Shown: in pieces, positions 48,501 through 55,802 of the stretch | Position numbering within the stretch: position 1 is the stretch's first letter | Layout: every line of letters begins with the position of its first letter | IMG/VR virus record: IMGVR_UViG_3300027759_000043 | From: a virus | Taxonomy: Duplodnaviria > Caudoviricetes | Strand: one strand, 5' to 3' | Length of the DNA: 64,000 nt | The notes under the pieces: model-generated | Database searches by the model: none | Seen by the model: the letters and a program-made list of their open reading frames with translations, nothing else | What the model was told of the DNA's origin: nothing | Translations under genes and position numbers: made by a program

Positions 48501-48963
48501 AGTTATCTGTTAATGGTATCTCGGTTGCATAAACATCTACTGAATCGGGGCCTGCTGGTAACCAATAGTACTGACTGTAGTTTACAAATTTGTCAAAACT
48601 AACAAACGGATCCCAAGTGTAGTACTCACTGGTATAAAGTCTATCGCTCTTGGTAGTGTTGGCACCTTGAACTGCCAGTGCATCTGTGATGCCTGGATAT
48701 GTGATGGCATCTTGTATGTCAGTGGTGTCAGGTTTGAGACTGATAACACCTGGTTCCAACTGATAGTTGGCTCTAGTGGCATCAGGTTCTAGTACATAGT
48801 AGTCGTTGGGATTGACACCGGGGCCAACCCTACGACCTACATAACCTTGTGTTTTCTTAAATGAAGGCTCTTGGACCAGTTGATCCAGGGTGGCATTTAA
48901 AAATTGTTTGTTGGGAACAGTCTGAAATATATCAGGTAAAAAATCAACAGTGCGTATGGCCAT
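36502..48963 (-). CDS. giant 4153-aa baseplate/tail-associated structural protein with seven FG-GAP-like repeats
   Basis: Uninterrupted 12.4-kb ORF, TAATG-coupled to the gp6-like gene; FGxSV...GAP repeats; beta-rich composition. Confidence 0.8.
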   Translation of the reverse strand: MAIRTVDFLPDIFQTVPNKQFLNATLDQLVQEPSFKKTQGYVGRRVGPGVNPNDYYVLEPDATRANYQLEPGVISLKPDTTDIQDAITYPGITDALAVQGANTTKSDRLYTSEYYTWDPFVSFDKFVNYSQYYWLPAGPDSVDVYATEIPLTDNFTVTRSTNAYTFSGVIGNNPVITLVRGGNYTFDVSQTGNAFWIQTDPGINGQLPYAPNISSRTVAGVSNNGEDLGTVSFYVPFKNAQQFYYDLTNLGNVDLLCELSYEQLNGMYLSDIIADYGGIDGITNLNNKTLVFTISPTFPTNNVWQIQYTYDIDGLPIVNLAPIATVNTLTKFSILFGTKWASTTWYSDASSAITEVPLLTAIKDVLWYQDGTNPDIFGQIRLVDQVDSSTINVVTDILGKKNYTSPNGVVFTNNLKVQFLAPVVPTSYANQEYYVAGVGTAIQLLPVVNYVTPETSTQSATVPFDSTPYDVGNFDASLNQPLVPDYLTIALDSPDLNAWTRSNRWFHIDVITASATYNNTVPLVDNAFRAKRPILEFRGGTRLYQMGTQGKQPVDIIDFTTTDALSTINGTVGYGVDGYTFIAGSRVIFARDTDPDVRDKIYVVEFVTFSDDGSSFSEPVINLVPASDADVLVDQTVVCLSGDTLQGISFYYDGVQWIRAQQKTSVNQAPLFDVYDSNGYSLSNRVVYPSSTFAGSKLFSYALGPGLDDTVLGFPLRYLSINNIGDIVFDNNLYADTFLYVKDNVSYTKNVSIGFVRQYADRLVYQRELGWQTAAVKSKIYQQFSFVYAVNTPLLLDVAALPVDTVPSVKVYIDSTFQDPGTYTYVTTDNTTTITFPSTTVIVPGQVIEVLVLSDQASAVGFYQVPINLENNPLNQNADNLTLGTIRTHYDSIGQNLIGLTGKINGANNSRDLGNIVPFGLSILQQSSPMTLAGYFLRSPEYNIFASLEYNSREYEKYKAQLLNAAVSGDYVNMTVPEILTAVITDLIAGRTSSNPFYWSDMLPGGNVYTESVTVITPISTQIFDTTQVYNYTSANYLGLLVYVNDRLLTRDIEYVVSTDAPTLTIIIPLAVGDTVAIQEYAETYGTFVPNTPTKLGLYPAFVPEIYLDTTYVTPRRVIRGHDGSITVAFGDFRDQLLLEFETRIYSNLKLDGNPVPLTATEVVPGQFRTTDYTLGEITDIESQDFLTWVGWNKLDYKSQDYLPNNGFTWNYSTASNKLTNNQPLAVGAWRGIYNYFYDTISPNTRPWEMLGFSVMPVWWINEYGPAPYTSGNLVLWDDLAAGLVRDPVAPYVLPQYARPQLTQVIPSGSEGALLPPIETVVGNFNSNNFQRNWAVGDDAPVENAWRTSSAYPFAIMRMLVLTRPAEFFSLFADRDLYKYDAELGQYLYNGRYRLDANGVEVYGNGVSKASYIDWIVDYNRVSGINSTDALTADLKNLDVRLCYRMAAFTGKNLIEIYTEKSSPNSLNSSLLLPDESYNLLFYKNVPFDQLTYSSIIVQSTASGWAVYGYSTTQPYFNISVSRVNGTLGTISAGGFEVRVPVTYSNQVVQVPYGYVFTNRTLLADFLLSYGALLQQQGLVFSQMENGYVLDWNQMVSEFLYWSGQGWAEGSIINLNPGATQVIVERPGAIVDSIALQTTENMVLNADRTPFATRDLVVERLDNTFTLRSLTADTINYFHIKFTSYENMVVLDNASIFADLIYYPATGARQSRVRLIGSTTTDWNGQLNAPGFILNQNNIKEWQPLRKYARGEIVLYKNFYYSAVDIVQPKAKFDFNEWTRSDYTKIQQGLLPNLPNKSDQLANTYNVYQANLELNQDLFAYNLIGFTPREYMVALNLDSTSQINLYRQFLGTKGTVRAAEIFTFADLGRGVNEYQIYENWAVQRGVYGANANRSFYEMRLNEALLTSNPSLIQVVIPGESSLAEQTVLLSNLWNQSYKITSPDILTTTLVKVTDTVLPSAGYVNIDDVDITVFNIDNTASLAGNLNNVNVGTIVWVAKINDYDWGIYRTAQIPGKITQINSNLNGTAVVTFSQAHGLVADNILLIKNFGSGLDGVYRILNVPNINQVTVVFSFLQTDQIVATGIGTPFTLQTQRVAQGSDIITLPYVNNLIAGSYAWIDSNENGLWQVVQKQEVFHTSGQLEVTSPVADSQFGASVAQARDNAFAFVGAPGYGDTQSGALYTYVRTSGNPFTQNSIIQCNNPGAYGFGSSVSIGDQTWGAVGAPTSIGSDSSANSGYVATIYRFPNSPTFLLSTLLTVPDATYIDSGSEFGTSVVVSPDEQWLYVGAPGVNQVLAYGLVEVATQLVEYVTDGVQSVYQYNLDVIIDSGEYQQLFVVLNDQLLTYTTDYTVNATTVSLNSTPVKDLVLRIGRRVAKTFTGNGVTQTFSLNEYLYSATNIYSFKVEVNGIIQRPNIDYTFSNSTRNITFDSGHIPTGTIDVSAQSYYDYVETLTPAGLSGGERFGQSISCSTDGRQIMIGCPNDTYDSVADAGAVYIYDRSVQRFIVTDATQTVYQVDTSLVSPTSVMLKNQFLTNTAGNASGDYTVTGTNEITLTVPAAVGDILEIDVNTFSLIQVVGSNVPFQSANFGQAVDLCINNCSLYTGAPQDGSVLPEAGSVERQVNQSRVYGITTSTVNARLNPGNTIRINNMEVALSTPTAWNSALTYTIGTIVEYNQGLWIAIKSVPVGTALSDTTYWQPSSWAAVLAQDIDNSTVPNVIARAGDVPGTQTFGLLTVSVKNTDAAAPGNKLTVLPGLIGNIFDSLGFETFVYTQTISSPYSVAYAGFGSAVNIDTSALTLTVGAPRGNLYRPTTFDGGLTYFDSKTTIFNGPLIQSGAVYTYNYFASTDSSVTNPGKFAFGQQVYDQTVTELDQYGTAVDYTNGILLAGSPGDDLGDSTLIARNYGAVSIFNNPDLSPSWKVTNLQQPVVDVGLINGVFAYDRITSAKTTFFDFIDPLQGKILGAARQNIDYIGAVDPAAYNVGAKNNNGRIWAATHEGQIWWDTNSVRFIDPNQDDIVYAARRWGQIFPGSSIDVYQWIASSVPPANYTGPGIPRNTINYCVTTGLNVTGVFGTTYYFWVKNITTINTAIGKTLSPSGIARYIADPRSSGIPYVAFVSPSATAIYNAVDQISAQDTVLSIEFDRQLTDDNVHVQYDLLPQDRADGFLPDNLYQKLQDSFCGVNVQGALVPDPNLSPAQRYGVLFRPRQSMFADRFTALQNYLEYVNAVLLQYPISETRNFSLLNSSEAEPQAGTGAWNKRVANIEELSYQNLAQVPVGYKYLVVSDSTQNGAWTIYTVTAAKTFATLFLSRVQNYDTRNYWNYVTWYLPGYNSSVKIIAEVANVATLDTLSLAAAPVGSSVKVTANSQGKFEIYLRTDTGWDRVGLQDGTIQFRAELWDYALGRFGFDVEVFDAQYFDQEPVIETRKIIQAINEQLLIGDLLIERNRALILMFNFILSEFEAPEWLTKTSLIDVDHKIRQLVPYQTYQRDNQDFVLNYIQEVKPYHVQIREFNLIYNGLDVYQGSVADFDLPAFYNTTQVPNQYMSPILTPYTLSTATGTGHPSTYSDVAPDSSLWQTQPYSFWFDNYALSIQDVVIADGGSGYTVAPQLIVTGDCVTQATMTAVVNSAGNISQVVVTDPGSGYITTAIITVSGGNGTGGRIVAVMGNNLVRSINTTIKYDRYQYATTIVPWTANVSYPTGTLVRYDNRVWSADATVSSATFDPDNWTLVPASSLSGVDRTMGYYVPGPNEPGLDLPLLIDGVDYPGVQVTAPTFSQNTGFDVGNFDINPFDNISYGPEGEPTYDPAILDAAYESSFLDIYLGTRATDINVVGGEFVGPYESHAPEELVPASVFDTMDFRVYTRQINISYGDGSTTGPYYAPTASLDVEVAVNNVVISPNEYTVDPGDSTVAEVTFNTAPAAGAVIVILEVDPVTGLELRIFQDMRGVQATYRMTPATTTTLIQTLYPDNDIAYVDDAGALAEPDLANNIWGVLTVNGERIMYRERNLLTNTVSSLLRGTAGTAVALHSVGATVYNLNRDNLAPVIYQDHYLGSNTLADGTTTIFTADVNLSLEDSTFDEQAILVYVGGIKQTSGYSVTGDNPVTVEFDTAPTAGYQVTIQVRQGLGWYGPGVYETTGTPLQDSTTLAAQFFRG

Positions 48964-51900
48964 TAGATTACTCCACTGCCAGGTGCAGTTCTAATATTGG
49001 TACTGGTCAATGCAGTAATCACTTCCACGCTACTGACTCCGGCGCCATTTGCAAATATCTCGCTAGGGCCACTGCGTATCTCATATAGGTCACCAAAACT
49101 CTTTAATGGGTCCAGCGGTACCAGCACAACCGAACTTACTACTCCGCCCATGTTGGAATGGATGTAAGCGGCCAATTCTGAGAAATAGAATGTTTGCCCA
49201 AAGTCCCACTTGTCAATACTAAAATAATTGTTCAAATTTGCTACCACTAGATTTTTTATTTCACTTTCGCTGGCTGTACTATCGGCTGCACGAATAACTT
49301 TGATTGTGGCCTGTAATTCTTTAGCGGCCTTGGGACCAAACAATGGTTTGAATACCACGCTGTTTACAATCACATTGTCACTGATCATCTTGTAGTCATT
49401 AAGTCCTTGATAGGCTGTATTAAGTTCATCTATAGTAGGGACATCGGGTTTAGGAACTGTGTCAGTAACATCACGCAACCAATTTTGATAAGCAGTGTAG
49501 TAGGCTTGGTTGACCACATAGAGATCAATAATATTGGTTGTGCCTGGATCAATTCTACTGGTCAATGCGGCGTTGTGTCTGTATTGATAGTACAGGCTTT
49601 GGCGACCAACTCTAGCCAACCAATCACCTGACACTTCCACAAGACTACGAACACCGGTGCCACTAATAACTAGTTCATAGAACGCACCCAGTTGACCGGC
49701 CAATGGACCAACTGTGATGGTTTGATTGTAAGCATAAAATACTTGACCGGGCACGAACTGCGATAATACTACTTCGATGTCGTCTTTGGTGGCATATTCA
49801 GAGACTACACGTCCGGGTTCTACTAACAGGTAGCGTTGCAGATTGTCAAAGTCCACGGTCTTTTCAAAGAATACCAATTTGGTAGTGGGGTTCACTGTGG
49901 GCGCCACAATCTCATCAAAAAAGTCCGGATCATCGGGCACACCATCGCTGTCTGAATCTTGATAACTCACAAACACCTGATAGTCATCAACAAAGCCATC
50001 ACTTTCTACTGGCTGTCCAACAATGGCCATTCGAATGTCGCCAGGTAACGGAACATTTGTATCGGGTCTTGAATTGGTTTTTAATACATTCACAAAGTCA
50101 GCAATCACTGTGCCTGTACGGCTGTCATAAATGCGTTGAGCAGTTTCAAAGAAAAATCTAGTTTGTAGCACGGACCCAAACAAGTAAAACAGCGCACGAC
50201 TGGTCACAGTATATGTGGTGCCGTTAGTAACAAACTGTATCAACCAACTAGCATCTTGGTTGGTTCCCGATGTACTTTGTGCATTGGCCAAACTGAATGG
50301 TGCATCAACTGCTAAATTTGTGCTGGTGATCACGTACCAAGTGGCTGTGGTGTTATCGTAACCCAGTCCAAAATTACGATATAATACGATTTGATTGGTA
50401 ATGTCAGTTATTGTGGTGCTGGGTAAATCTGTCACAAACAGCGGGATAACCTCAACAGGGATAGCACCTGTGGGTACAAAGTTATTGAGTGTAACTGGCC
50501 CTGTGCCATTTGAAAAATTGCCCTGACCTTGATTGGTCCCGTCTAGCACAATTGCAGTGGGACTGGCCCAGATAATCAACTTGTCGTTGTCCTGGCTAGG
50601 TGTTCCTAGTTTGAGTCTGTTGTTGCTGTCAAAGTAGTAGCCGGTAGGGGGTACAAATTGTACCAGAGAACCCACTTGTATGTATTTGCCCACAGTACTA
50701 CTGTAAGTTCCGATGGCAGCAGGAAAACCCAATGCGTTTACAAAGTAACCAGTGGTCTCATTTGCCAGTGTGGTGCTTTGATTCCAGGTGAAGTTCAATA
50801 CTTCAAGATTGGGCCTGGGGAAATTTGCGTAATAGAATTGATCTAATCCAGTAGAAACCAACAAAGGCTGAATGTTGTTTGTGACCACTGTGGCTATGTC
50901 ATTACGTGTGAGCCAGGTGAAGTTAAAAGTGGGCAGTTGATTTTCTTCCCACAAAGCACCATCACTGCCAAAGGTATTGGTACTTGAGTACTTGCCGGTA
51001 TTGTCTACTAGGTCAAGATAACGACTGGTACCAATGCTGGCACGATTCAGTGCGTTACTTTTGATAATTGAGTTGTAAAGAGTAAACGGGAAGTTGCTGT
51101 AGTCTTCACCATTGACCATGCGATTCTGTGTGTAATATCTAGCAGGCGCACGTTGCTTGATTTCATCCAGTGTCTCACGAGGTTGTGCATTGCTCACAGG
51201 TTGTGTGATGCCGCAAGTGAATGTGATAGTTTCAATTTGTCCCGTACGGCTTACATAACTGATGGGTATGACCACACTCTGCATTTCTTCAGGATTGATA
51301 ATGTATCCCAATCCGTTTGATGCGCGAACATAAGCACGGAATGTTCCCACTGGTATGGTACTAAACACACCATCACCAAATGTGAGTGTGATCTGATCAT
51401 TGGTTCTGCTGACCACAGAAAATAATTTTCGTTGATCTGGTGCCAGTTGTTCTGTAGCGGCGGCATACACACTTTGCACATACTGCCATTCAAATTGAAC
51501 ATTGCCCACTGTGTCCAATTGATACAACCAACGATCTTGGTTGTTGACCCCTTCAATATTGATAGGAACTGTACGATTGGCAATACGTTCTCCGAGATTG
51601 AAGTCTTGATTTTGCAACACACCTTGTTTGAAGTAAAAGAAGTAACCTGTATTGGCGCTGGCAAAACCCAGTTGGTCGTTACGGAACAACACATTGAAAA
51701 TACCGTTAGGTAGAGGACTAGGCTCATACACATAGTCTCGGCCTACAGAAGTTGAACTCACTGCTTCAAACGGCATAGCAATGCCGTCCACAGCGGCAGT
51801 ATAAGGAATTACTGGCAAGAATCCAGGAACTAAATTGATACTGTATTCTGATGTGTCAACTCCTACAATAGTTTGTTTGGCACCTGGACGACCCACACGT

Positions 51901-52403
51901 TGTGTGTTGACCAAGGCAGCATTAAGGATAGCAGTAAATTGTTCGACCCAGTTGAAGTTGGTAGGATCGTTCCAGTTTATAGTAACATTGGCTAAATTTA
52001 CACCATTAAAGTCTGTGACATTTTCTGTAGTCTGTACGCTGAATACTTTGAGATAACCTTGTGCGGCTTGATTACGCTTGGGTGTGTAACTGACCAATTC
52101 AGCCAATTTGACCACGCTGTCTCTGCGTTCGGCTGTGCCTAGGTAATTTTCTCTTGTGTTTAAATCATTGCGGAAACTCATGGCCTGCCCCATGAATGCA
52201 ATGACGTCTAGCATGGCAATAAATTCTGAACTTTCAATATAGTCATTGAAACTTTCAGGATAGTATTGACGTATGTAGTCTACAAAACTCTTGCGTAGGG
52301 TTTCAAAGTCATAACTTTGAAAGTCTGCTTCGCGATAGGTTTGATAGATTCTTTTCCAATCCTCAACACCAAATACAACTGTTTGTCTTGTGGTACGTGC
52401 CAT
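48963..52403 (-). CDS. baseplate wedge subunit (T4 gp6-like, extended)
   Basis: YDFETLRKSFVDYI...NDYIESSE...ENYLGTAERRDSV...ETLDEIKQRAPARYYTQNRMVNGEDY. Confidence 0.85.
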   Translation of the reverse strand: MARTTRQTVVFGVEDWKRIYQTYREADFQSYDFETLRKSFVDYIRQYYPESFNDYIESSEFIAMLDVIAFMGQAMSFRNDLNTRENYLGTAERRDSVVKLAELVSYTPKRNQAAQGYLKVFSVQTTENVTDFNGVNLANVTINWNDPTNFNWVEQFTAILNAALVNTQRVGRPGAKQTIVGVDTSEYSINLVPGFLPVIPYTAAVDGIAMPFEAVSSTSVGRDYVYEPSPLPNGIFNVLFRNDQLGFASANTGYFFYFKQGVLQNQDFNLGERIANRTVPINIEGVNNQDRWLYQLDTVGNVQFEWQYVQSVYAAATEQLAPDQRKLFSVVSRTNDQITLTFGDGVFSTIPVGTFRAYVRASNGLGYIINPEEMQSVVIPISYVSRTGQIETITFTCGITQPVSNAQPRETLDEIKQRAPARYYTQNRMVNGEDYSNFPFTLYNSIIKSNALNRASIGTSRYLDLVDNTGKYSSTNTFGSDGALWEENQLPTFNFTWLTRNDIATVVTNNIQPLLVSTGLDQFYYANFPRPNLEVLNFTWNQSTTLANETTGYFVNALGFPAAIGTYSSTVGKYIQVGSLVQFVPPTGYYFDSNNRLKLGTPSQDNDKLIIWASPTAIVLDGTNQGQGNFSNGTGPVTLNNFVPTGAIPVEVIPLFVTDLPSTTITDITNQIVLYRNFGLGYDNTTATWYVITSTNLAVDAPFSLANAQSTSGTNQDASWLIQFVTNGTTYTVTSRALFYLFGSVLQTRFFFETAQRIYDSRTGTVIADFVNVLKTNSRPDTNVPLPGDIRMAIVGQPVESDGFVDDYQVFVSYQDSDSDGVPDDPDFFDEIVAPTVNPTTKLVFFEKTVDFDNLQRYLLVEPGRVVSEYATKDDIEVVLSQFVPGQVFYAYNQTITVGPLAGQLGAFYELVISGTGVRSLVEVSGDWLARVGRQSLYYQYRHNAALTSRIDPGTTNIIDLYVVNQAYYTAYQNWLRDVTDTVPKPDVPTIDELNTAYQGLNDYKMISDNVIVNSVVFKPLFGPKAAKELQATIKVIRAADSTASESEIKNLVVANLNNYFSIDKWDFGQTFYFSELAAYIHSNMGGVVSSVVLVPLDPLKSFGDLYEIRSGPSEIFANGAGVSSVEVITALTSTNIRTAPGSGVI

Positions 52404-52419
52404 AATATTCCGTTTCTTT

Positions 52420-52425
52420 TATTTA
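52420..52425 (-). promoter_or_regulatory. late promoter core TAAATA
   Basis: AATAAATA upstream of the gp6-like ATG. Confidence 0.45.
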
Positions 52426-52446
52426 TTGCAAAAATAAACGGCGTAG

Positions 52447-52821
52447 TTAAACAAAACTGGCTCGTCTTGCTTGTTGATCAAAAAATATGCTTAATCTTTC
52501 TGCTGTGGTGCTAGGAACTATTTGTACTTGCAATTCTATTAATACTCCGTTCAGTTGAGGATAATAATTTACATCACTGAGATAGATTCTTGGATCGCCG
52601 CCGGCAATTCGTTGTATCTCTGCCAAGATAGCGGTCTGTGTAGTGGTATCTTGATTTTCAAAAACATAATCTAACAATGTGGAACCATAATCAGGACGTC
52701 CTGGTAGGGATCCTTGACGAATATTAAAAGCATTTAGTAAATCACGTTTGACTAATTCCCCGTCTGTAAGCGTGAATTTTTTGTACTGATTAATAGTGCT
52801 ATACCCGATAAATGTGGCCAT
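52447..52821 (-). CDS. baseplate wedge protein (T4 gp25-like)
   Basis: LVKRDLLNAFNIRQGSLPGRPDYGS...GDPRI, gp25/GPW fold signature. Confidence 0.85.
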   Translation of the reverse strand: MATFIGYSTINQYKKFTLTDGELVKRDLLNAFNIRQGSLPGRPDYGSTLLDYVFENQDTTTQTAILAEIQRIAGGDPRIYLSDVNYYPQLNGVLIELQVQIVPSTTAERLSIFFDQQARRASFV

Positions 52822-52826
52822 ACTAG

Positions 52827-52834
52827 TATTTATA
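52827..52834 (-). promoter_or_regulatory. T4-type late promoter TATAAATA
   Basis: Exact consensus, 5 nt before ATG 52821. Confidence 0.7.
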
Positions 52835-52842
52835 TCCTAACA

Positions 52843-54288
52843 TTACCAGAAACTAGCAATAAACTCAAAGGCCTCTTCGGCCAATGGTGCGGCGTCGGCT
52901 AGAACTGAGTCAGCGCCGCCTAATAGATCTGCAGGTAATTCAAATGCTGAAATATCAAGTTCGGCTAAATCAAGTGGTATGTCAAGTGCGGCTGACGAAA
53001 ATTCAATATTTGACAATATATCCGATGCTCCGGGTATGTTACTCAACAGGTCGGCTGCTCCTGGAAGATTACTGATCTTGCTCAGCAATTGCGAAGCACC
53101 TTGTATTTGATTCACAAGTCCTTGTCCTGATTTTATCAATGATAAAATCTGGTTGGCGCCAGGCACCTGAGATAGTACTGCTAATCCTGCAGATGACTGT
53201 GCCAGTTTAGTAAGTAAAATTGAAGATGACTGATTGACTGCAGCCACTTGTGAACTTTGCGCCCTTGCATCAACTCCCAACACTGGATTGGCAAATATGT
53301 TACTGGGTATTTTGTTATTACCTATTATGCTATTGAAAGCAGTATCTATTACTGAACGATTCACTGTGTTAGAATAACCTCGGGGAGTTTGAACACCTGT
53401 TTGCAATGGATTCCCGCCGCCACTAACTGACTGATTTACTGAGCCAAAATTCATACCAAATATGGATTGCACTGCAGAAGTGGTCAACTGACCGATATCA
53501 CTGCCACCTACTGTGTTATTCAACCATGCTGTGGTTGCGCCAGTACCATAATTGGCCGCATTATTGACCACTGCACCTAAATCTGTGTCGGAACCGAACA
53601 CATTATTTTTAGTATCCGATACCACACCTAATTCAGATAAGTTATCGTAACTGCTGGCCAGACAACTTTGTTGTGCCGCGCTCTGTAATGTGGAGTTGGT
53701 CAATACCGAATCAAGATTTTCTGCGCCGCCCTCACCGGTCCATACAGTGGGACTACTGAGTATGCTGACTGTGTTTGCAGGATCTTGATTGATCAAGTCT
53801 GCTGTGCCGGGTTTGATTAGGCCGGCCTGTTGCAATTGATCTGGTGTGAGTCCGTAAGTGCCCAGTCCCTTTTCATTTGTAACTTCTGTGGCTGGTTGAT
53901 TTACTGCCGCCGCTGTGCTTGACAACAGGCCTTGTACCTGTGTAGTTGATAGTGGTCCCACTACACTACCTGCCAAGACCGGTGTGTTAACAAACGTTGA
54001 TATTGTGGTGGGGTTCAGTACCGGAAGATTTGGTATCTTGGTTATGGCCGCACCAATTTGAGATATTGTGCTGGGTGTGATTGATGATGTCACTTGACTC
54101 AGAGCCGTAGCAAGTCCTCCTTTGGCCTGTACCAAACTGTTTAGTACATCACCAGCACGTAATCCTGTTAGACTACCAGTTGAGGATTGTTGATTAAAAA
54201 CAGCCAAGGCTTGATCGTAGGTGGATCCTGCTGGCCCTGTTAATTCAATTGGTTGGCCTGTGGGTGTGATAAACTTAAAAACGTTCAT
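52843..54288 (-). CDS. virion-associated hypothetical protein with possible degenerate lysozyme-like segment
   Basis: GLGTYGLTPDQLQQAGLIKPG segment; C-terminal PGAxxxLS repeats; ATGA-coupled to the gp5-like gene. Confidence 0.55.
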   Translation of the reverse strand: MNVFKFITPTGQPIELTGPAGSTYDQALAVFNQQSSTGSLTGLRAGDVLNSLVQAKGGLATALSQVTSSITPSTISQIGAAITKIPNLPVLNPTTISTFVNTPVLAGSVVGPLSTTQVQGLLSSTAAAVNQPATEVTNEKGLGTYGLTPDQLQQAGLIKPGTADLINQDPANTVSILSSPTVWTGEGGAENLDSVLTNSTLQSAAQQSCLASSYDNLSELGVVSDTKNNVFGSDTDLGAVVNNAANYGTGATTAWLNNTVGGSDIGQLTTSAVQSIFGMNFGSVNQSVSGGGNPLQTGVQTPRGYSNTVNRSVIDTAFNSIIGNNKIPSNIFANPVLGVDARAQSSQVAAVNQSSSILLTKLAQSSAGLAVLSQVPGANQILSLIKSGQGLVNQIQGASQLLSKISNLPGAADLLSNIPGASDILSNIEFSSAALDIPLDLAELDISAFELPADLLGGADSVLADAAPLAEEAFEFIASFW

Positions 54289-55793
54289 TTAACTTGAAAA
54301 TCCCATCCTGCGGGCACTGGTTCAGCAGTGGGAGGTGGTGTGGGTTGCCCATCAACAAAATCTACCACCACACTCACACCCTGGTTATGATATTTATAGG
54401 GCTCATGTGTGGGTGCTCGTGTCACAATACTTTCCAATGCACCTGTTTTAACTTGCCAACCAGTGCTGTTGTTAAAACTGGTGTCGTCTAGTGTGCGTTT
54501 GGGATACAGTTTGGGAGGTGTCACTGTTTTGGCCGATCCGCCATTGAGATCAATACGTCCCGCTTTGAGTGCTAGTTTTGTTCCACCTTGCCAAGAACTT
54601 GAGGCGCCTTGCAGACTCAAACTGCCATCACTACGCACACCCAATGCGGCTGTGCTGTACAAAGTCATACCTGCTTCGGCCGCCAAGTTCATTGTGGTCA
54701 CAGCACCTATATTGGTGGCTGCGCCACTCTTCATGCTGATGTTGCCACCAGCATACATGTTGATATCTTTGTCAGCATGAAGATTAATTGTGCCTTCTGT
54801 GCGCACGTTTACACTGTTAGTAGAATACACATCTACTGTGCCTTCCACTCCCAGTTCAATCCAGGTTTGTCCATTGGCATGAGCGATGTAGATAAAGTCG
54901 TTGGAGTCATTCATCATGATCTGATGACCTTTGGCCGATCTTAAACGGAACAAGGCATTGTTACTGTCAAGGTCTCCATCGTCCATGACCAAGGTATGTC
55001 CGCCATAGCGACCGGTTACTTGTACGTCTTGTGGCTTTACGGAACCTTCGCTGAGTTGTTTACGAATTGTGTTGGGATCTTGACCCCCAGCATAGATGGG
55101 TATCCCCGGAGTAGATATACCATAAACTGTGCTGGGACTTTCTCGCTGTGCGCTTGAGCCAATGGGTCCACGTTCGGGGTCGTTGTTCAGTCCCTGTTGG
55201 AAATATATTGCGGCCTGTACTGAATGCACAGGCTTGGGTTGATCATAGAACCTGGGATTTTCATCAAGTTGTTTGTTTTCATTATTGATTTCAGTAACTG
55301 GCAATTGCGGTGAATTTGCAAAATATGCCGCTTGTGCTTGGTTGCCGGTGACATACTCACTCTTGGGCACCGCGCCAATTGCTGGAATCATACGGTTAAC
55401 ACCGGGATCAGGTATGCACCCTATGTAGTAGCCAAGGCTGGGATCACCGTTGACAAAGAAACACAAAACTCGTGTGCCTATGTCTGGGGTTGTGAACCAC
55501 ATGCCATAACTTTGTTGATTGCCTGGGTAGGTGCCTGGACCTGTACTGGTACTGGTTTTTTCTGTGACACCATAGAATGGGGACAGGTAATTTACTAGAC
55601 GCCACCCGCTGGGATTGTCTTCAGGGTTGTTGCCACTAAACTGTTCAATATAAACCCATAGTCGCCCTGATCTAATGCTGTCCACATTGTTTTTGACCAC
55701 ACCCACAAACGGTCCCATCTCAGCAGGGGTACCGCCGCGATCAAATTTAAAATTTTCTGATCTTCCTGAACTTCGCTCTAGGTTTTCTGCCAT
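54285..55793 (-). CDS. baseplate central spike (T4 gp5/VgrG-like), no lysozyme domain evident
   Basis: N-terminal OB fold (GVVKNNVDSIRSGRLWVYI...YGMWFTTPDIGTRVLCFF); GHTLVMDDG, GHQIMMND, beta-helix repeats. Confidence 0.8.
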   Translation of the reverse strand: MAENLERSSGRSENFKFDRGGTPAEMGPFVGVVKNNVDSIRSGRLWVYIEQFSGNNPEDNPSGWRLVNYLSPFYGVTEKTSTSTGPGTYPGNQQSYGMWFTTPDIGTRVLCFFVNGDPSLGYYIGCIPDPGVNRMIPAIGAVPKSEYVTGNQAQAAYFANSPQLPVTEINNENKQLDENPRFYDQPKPVHSVQAAIYFQQGLNNDPERGPIGSSAQRESPSTVYGISTPGIPIYAGGQDPNTIRKQLSEGSVKPQDVQVTGRYGGHTLVMDDGDLDSNNALFRLRSAKGHQIMMNDSNDFIYIAHANGQTWIELGVEGTVDVYSTNSVNVRTEGTINLHADKDINMYAGGNISMKSGAATNIGAVTTMNLAAEAGMTLYSTAALGVRSDGSLSLQGASSSWQGGTKLALKAGRIDLNGGSAKTVTPPKLYPKRTLDDTSFNNSTGWQVKTGALESIVTRAPTHEPYKYHNQGVSVVVDFVDGQPTPPPTAEPVPAGWDFQVK

Positions 55794-55802
55794 TGTTGTT
55801 CC

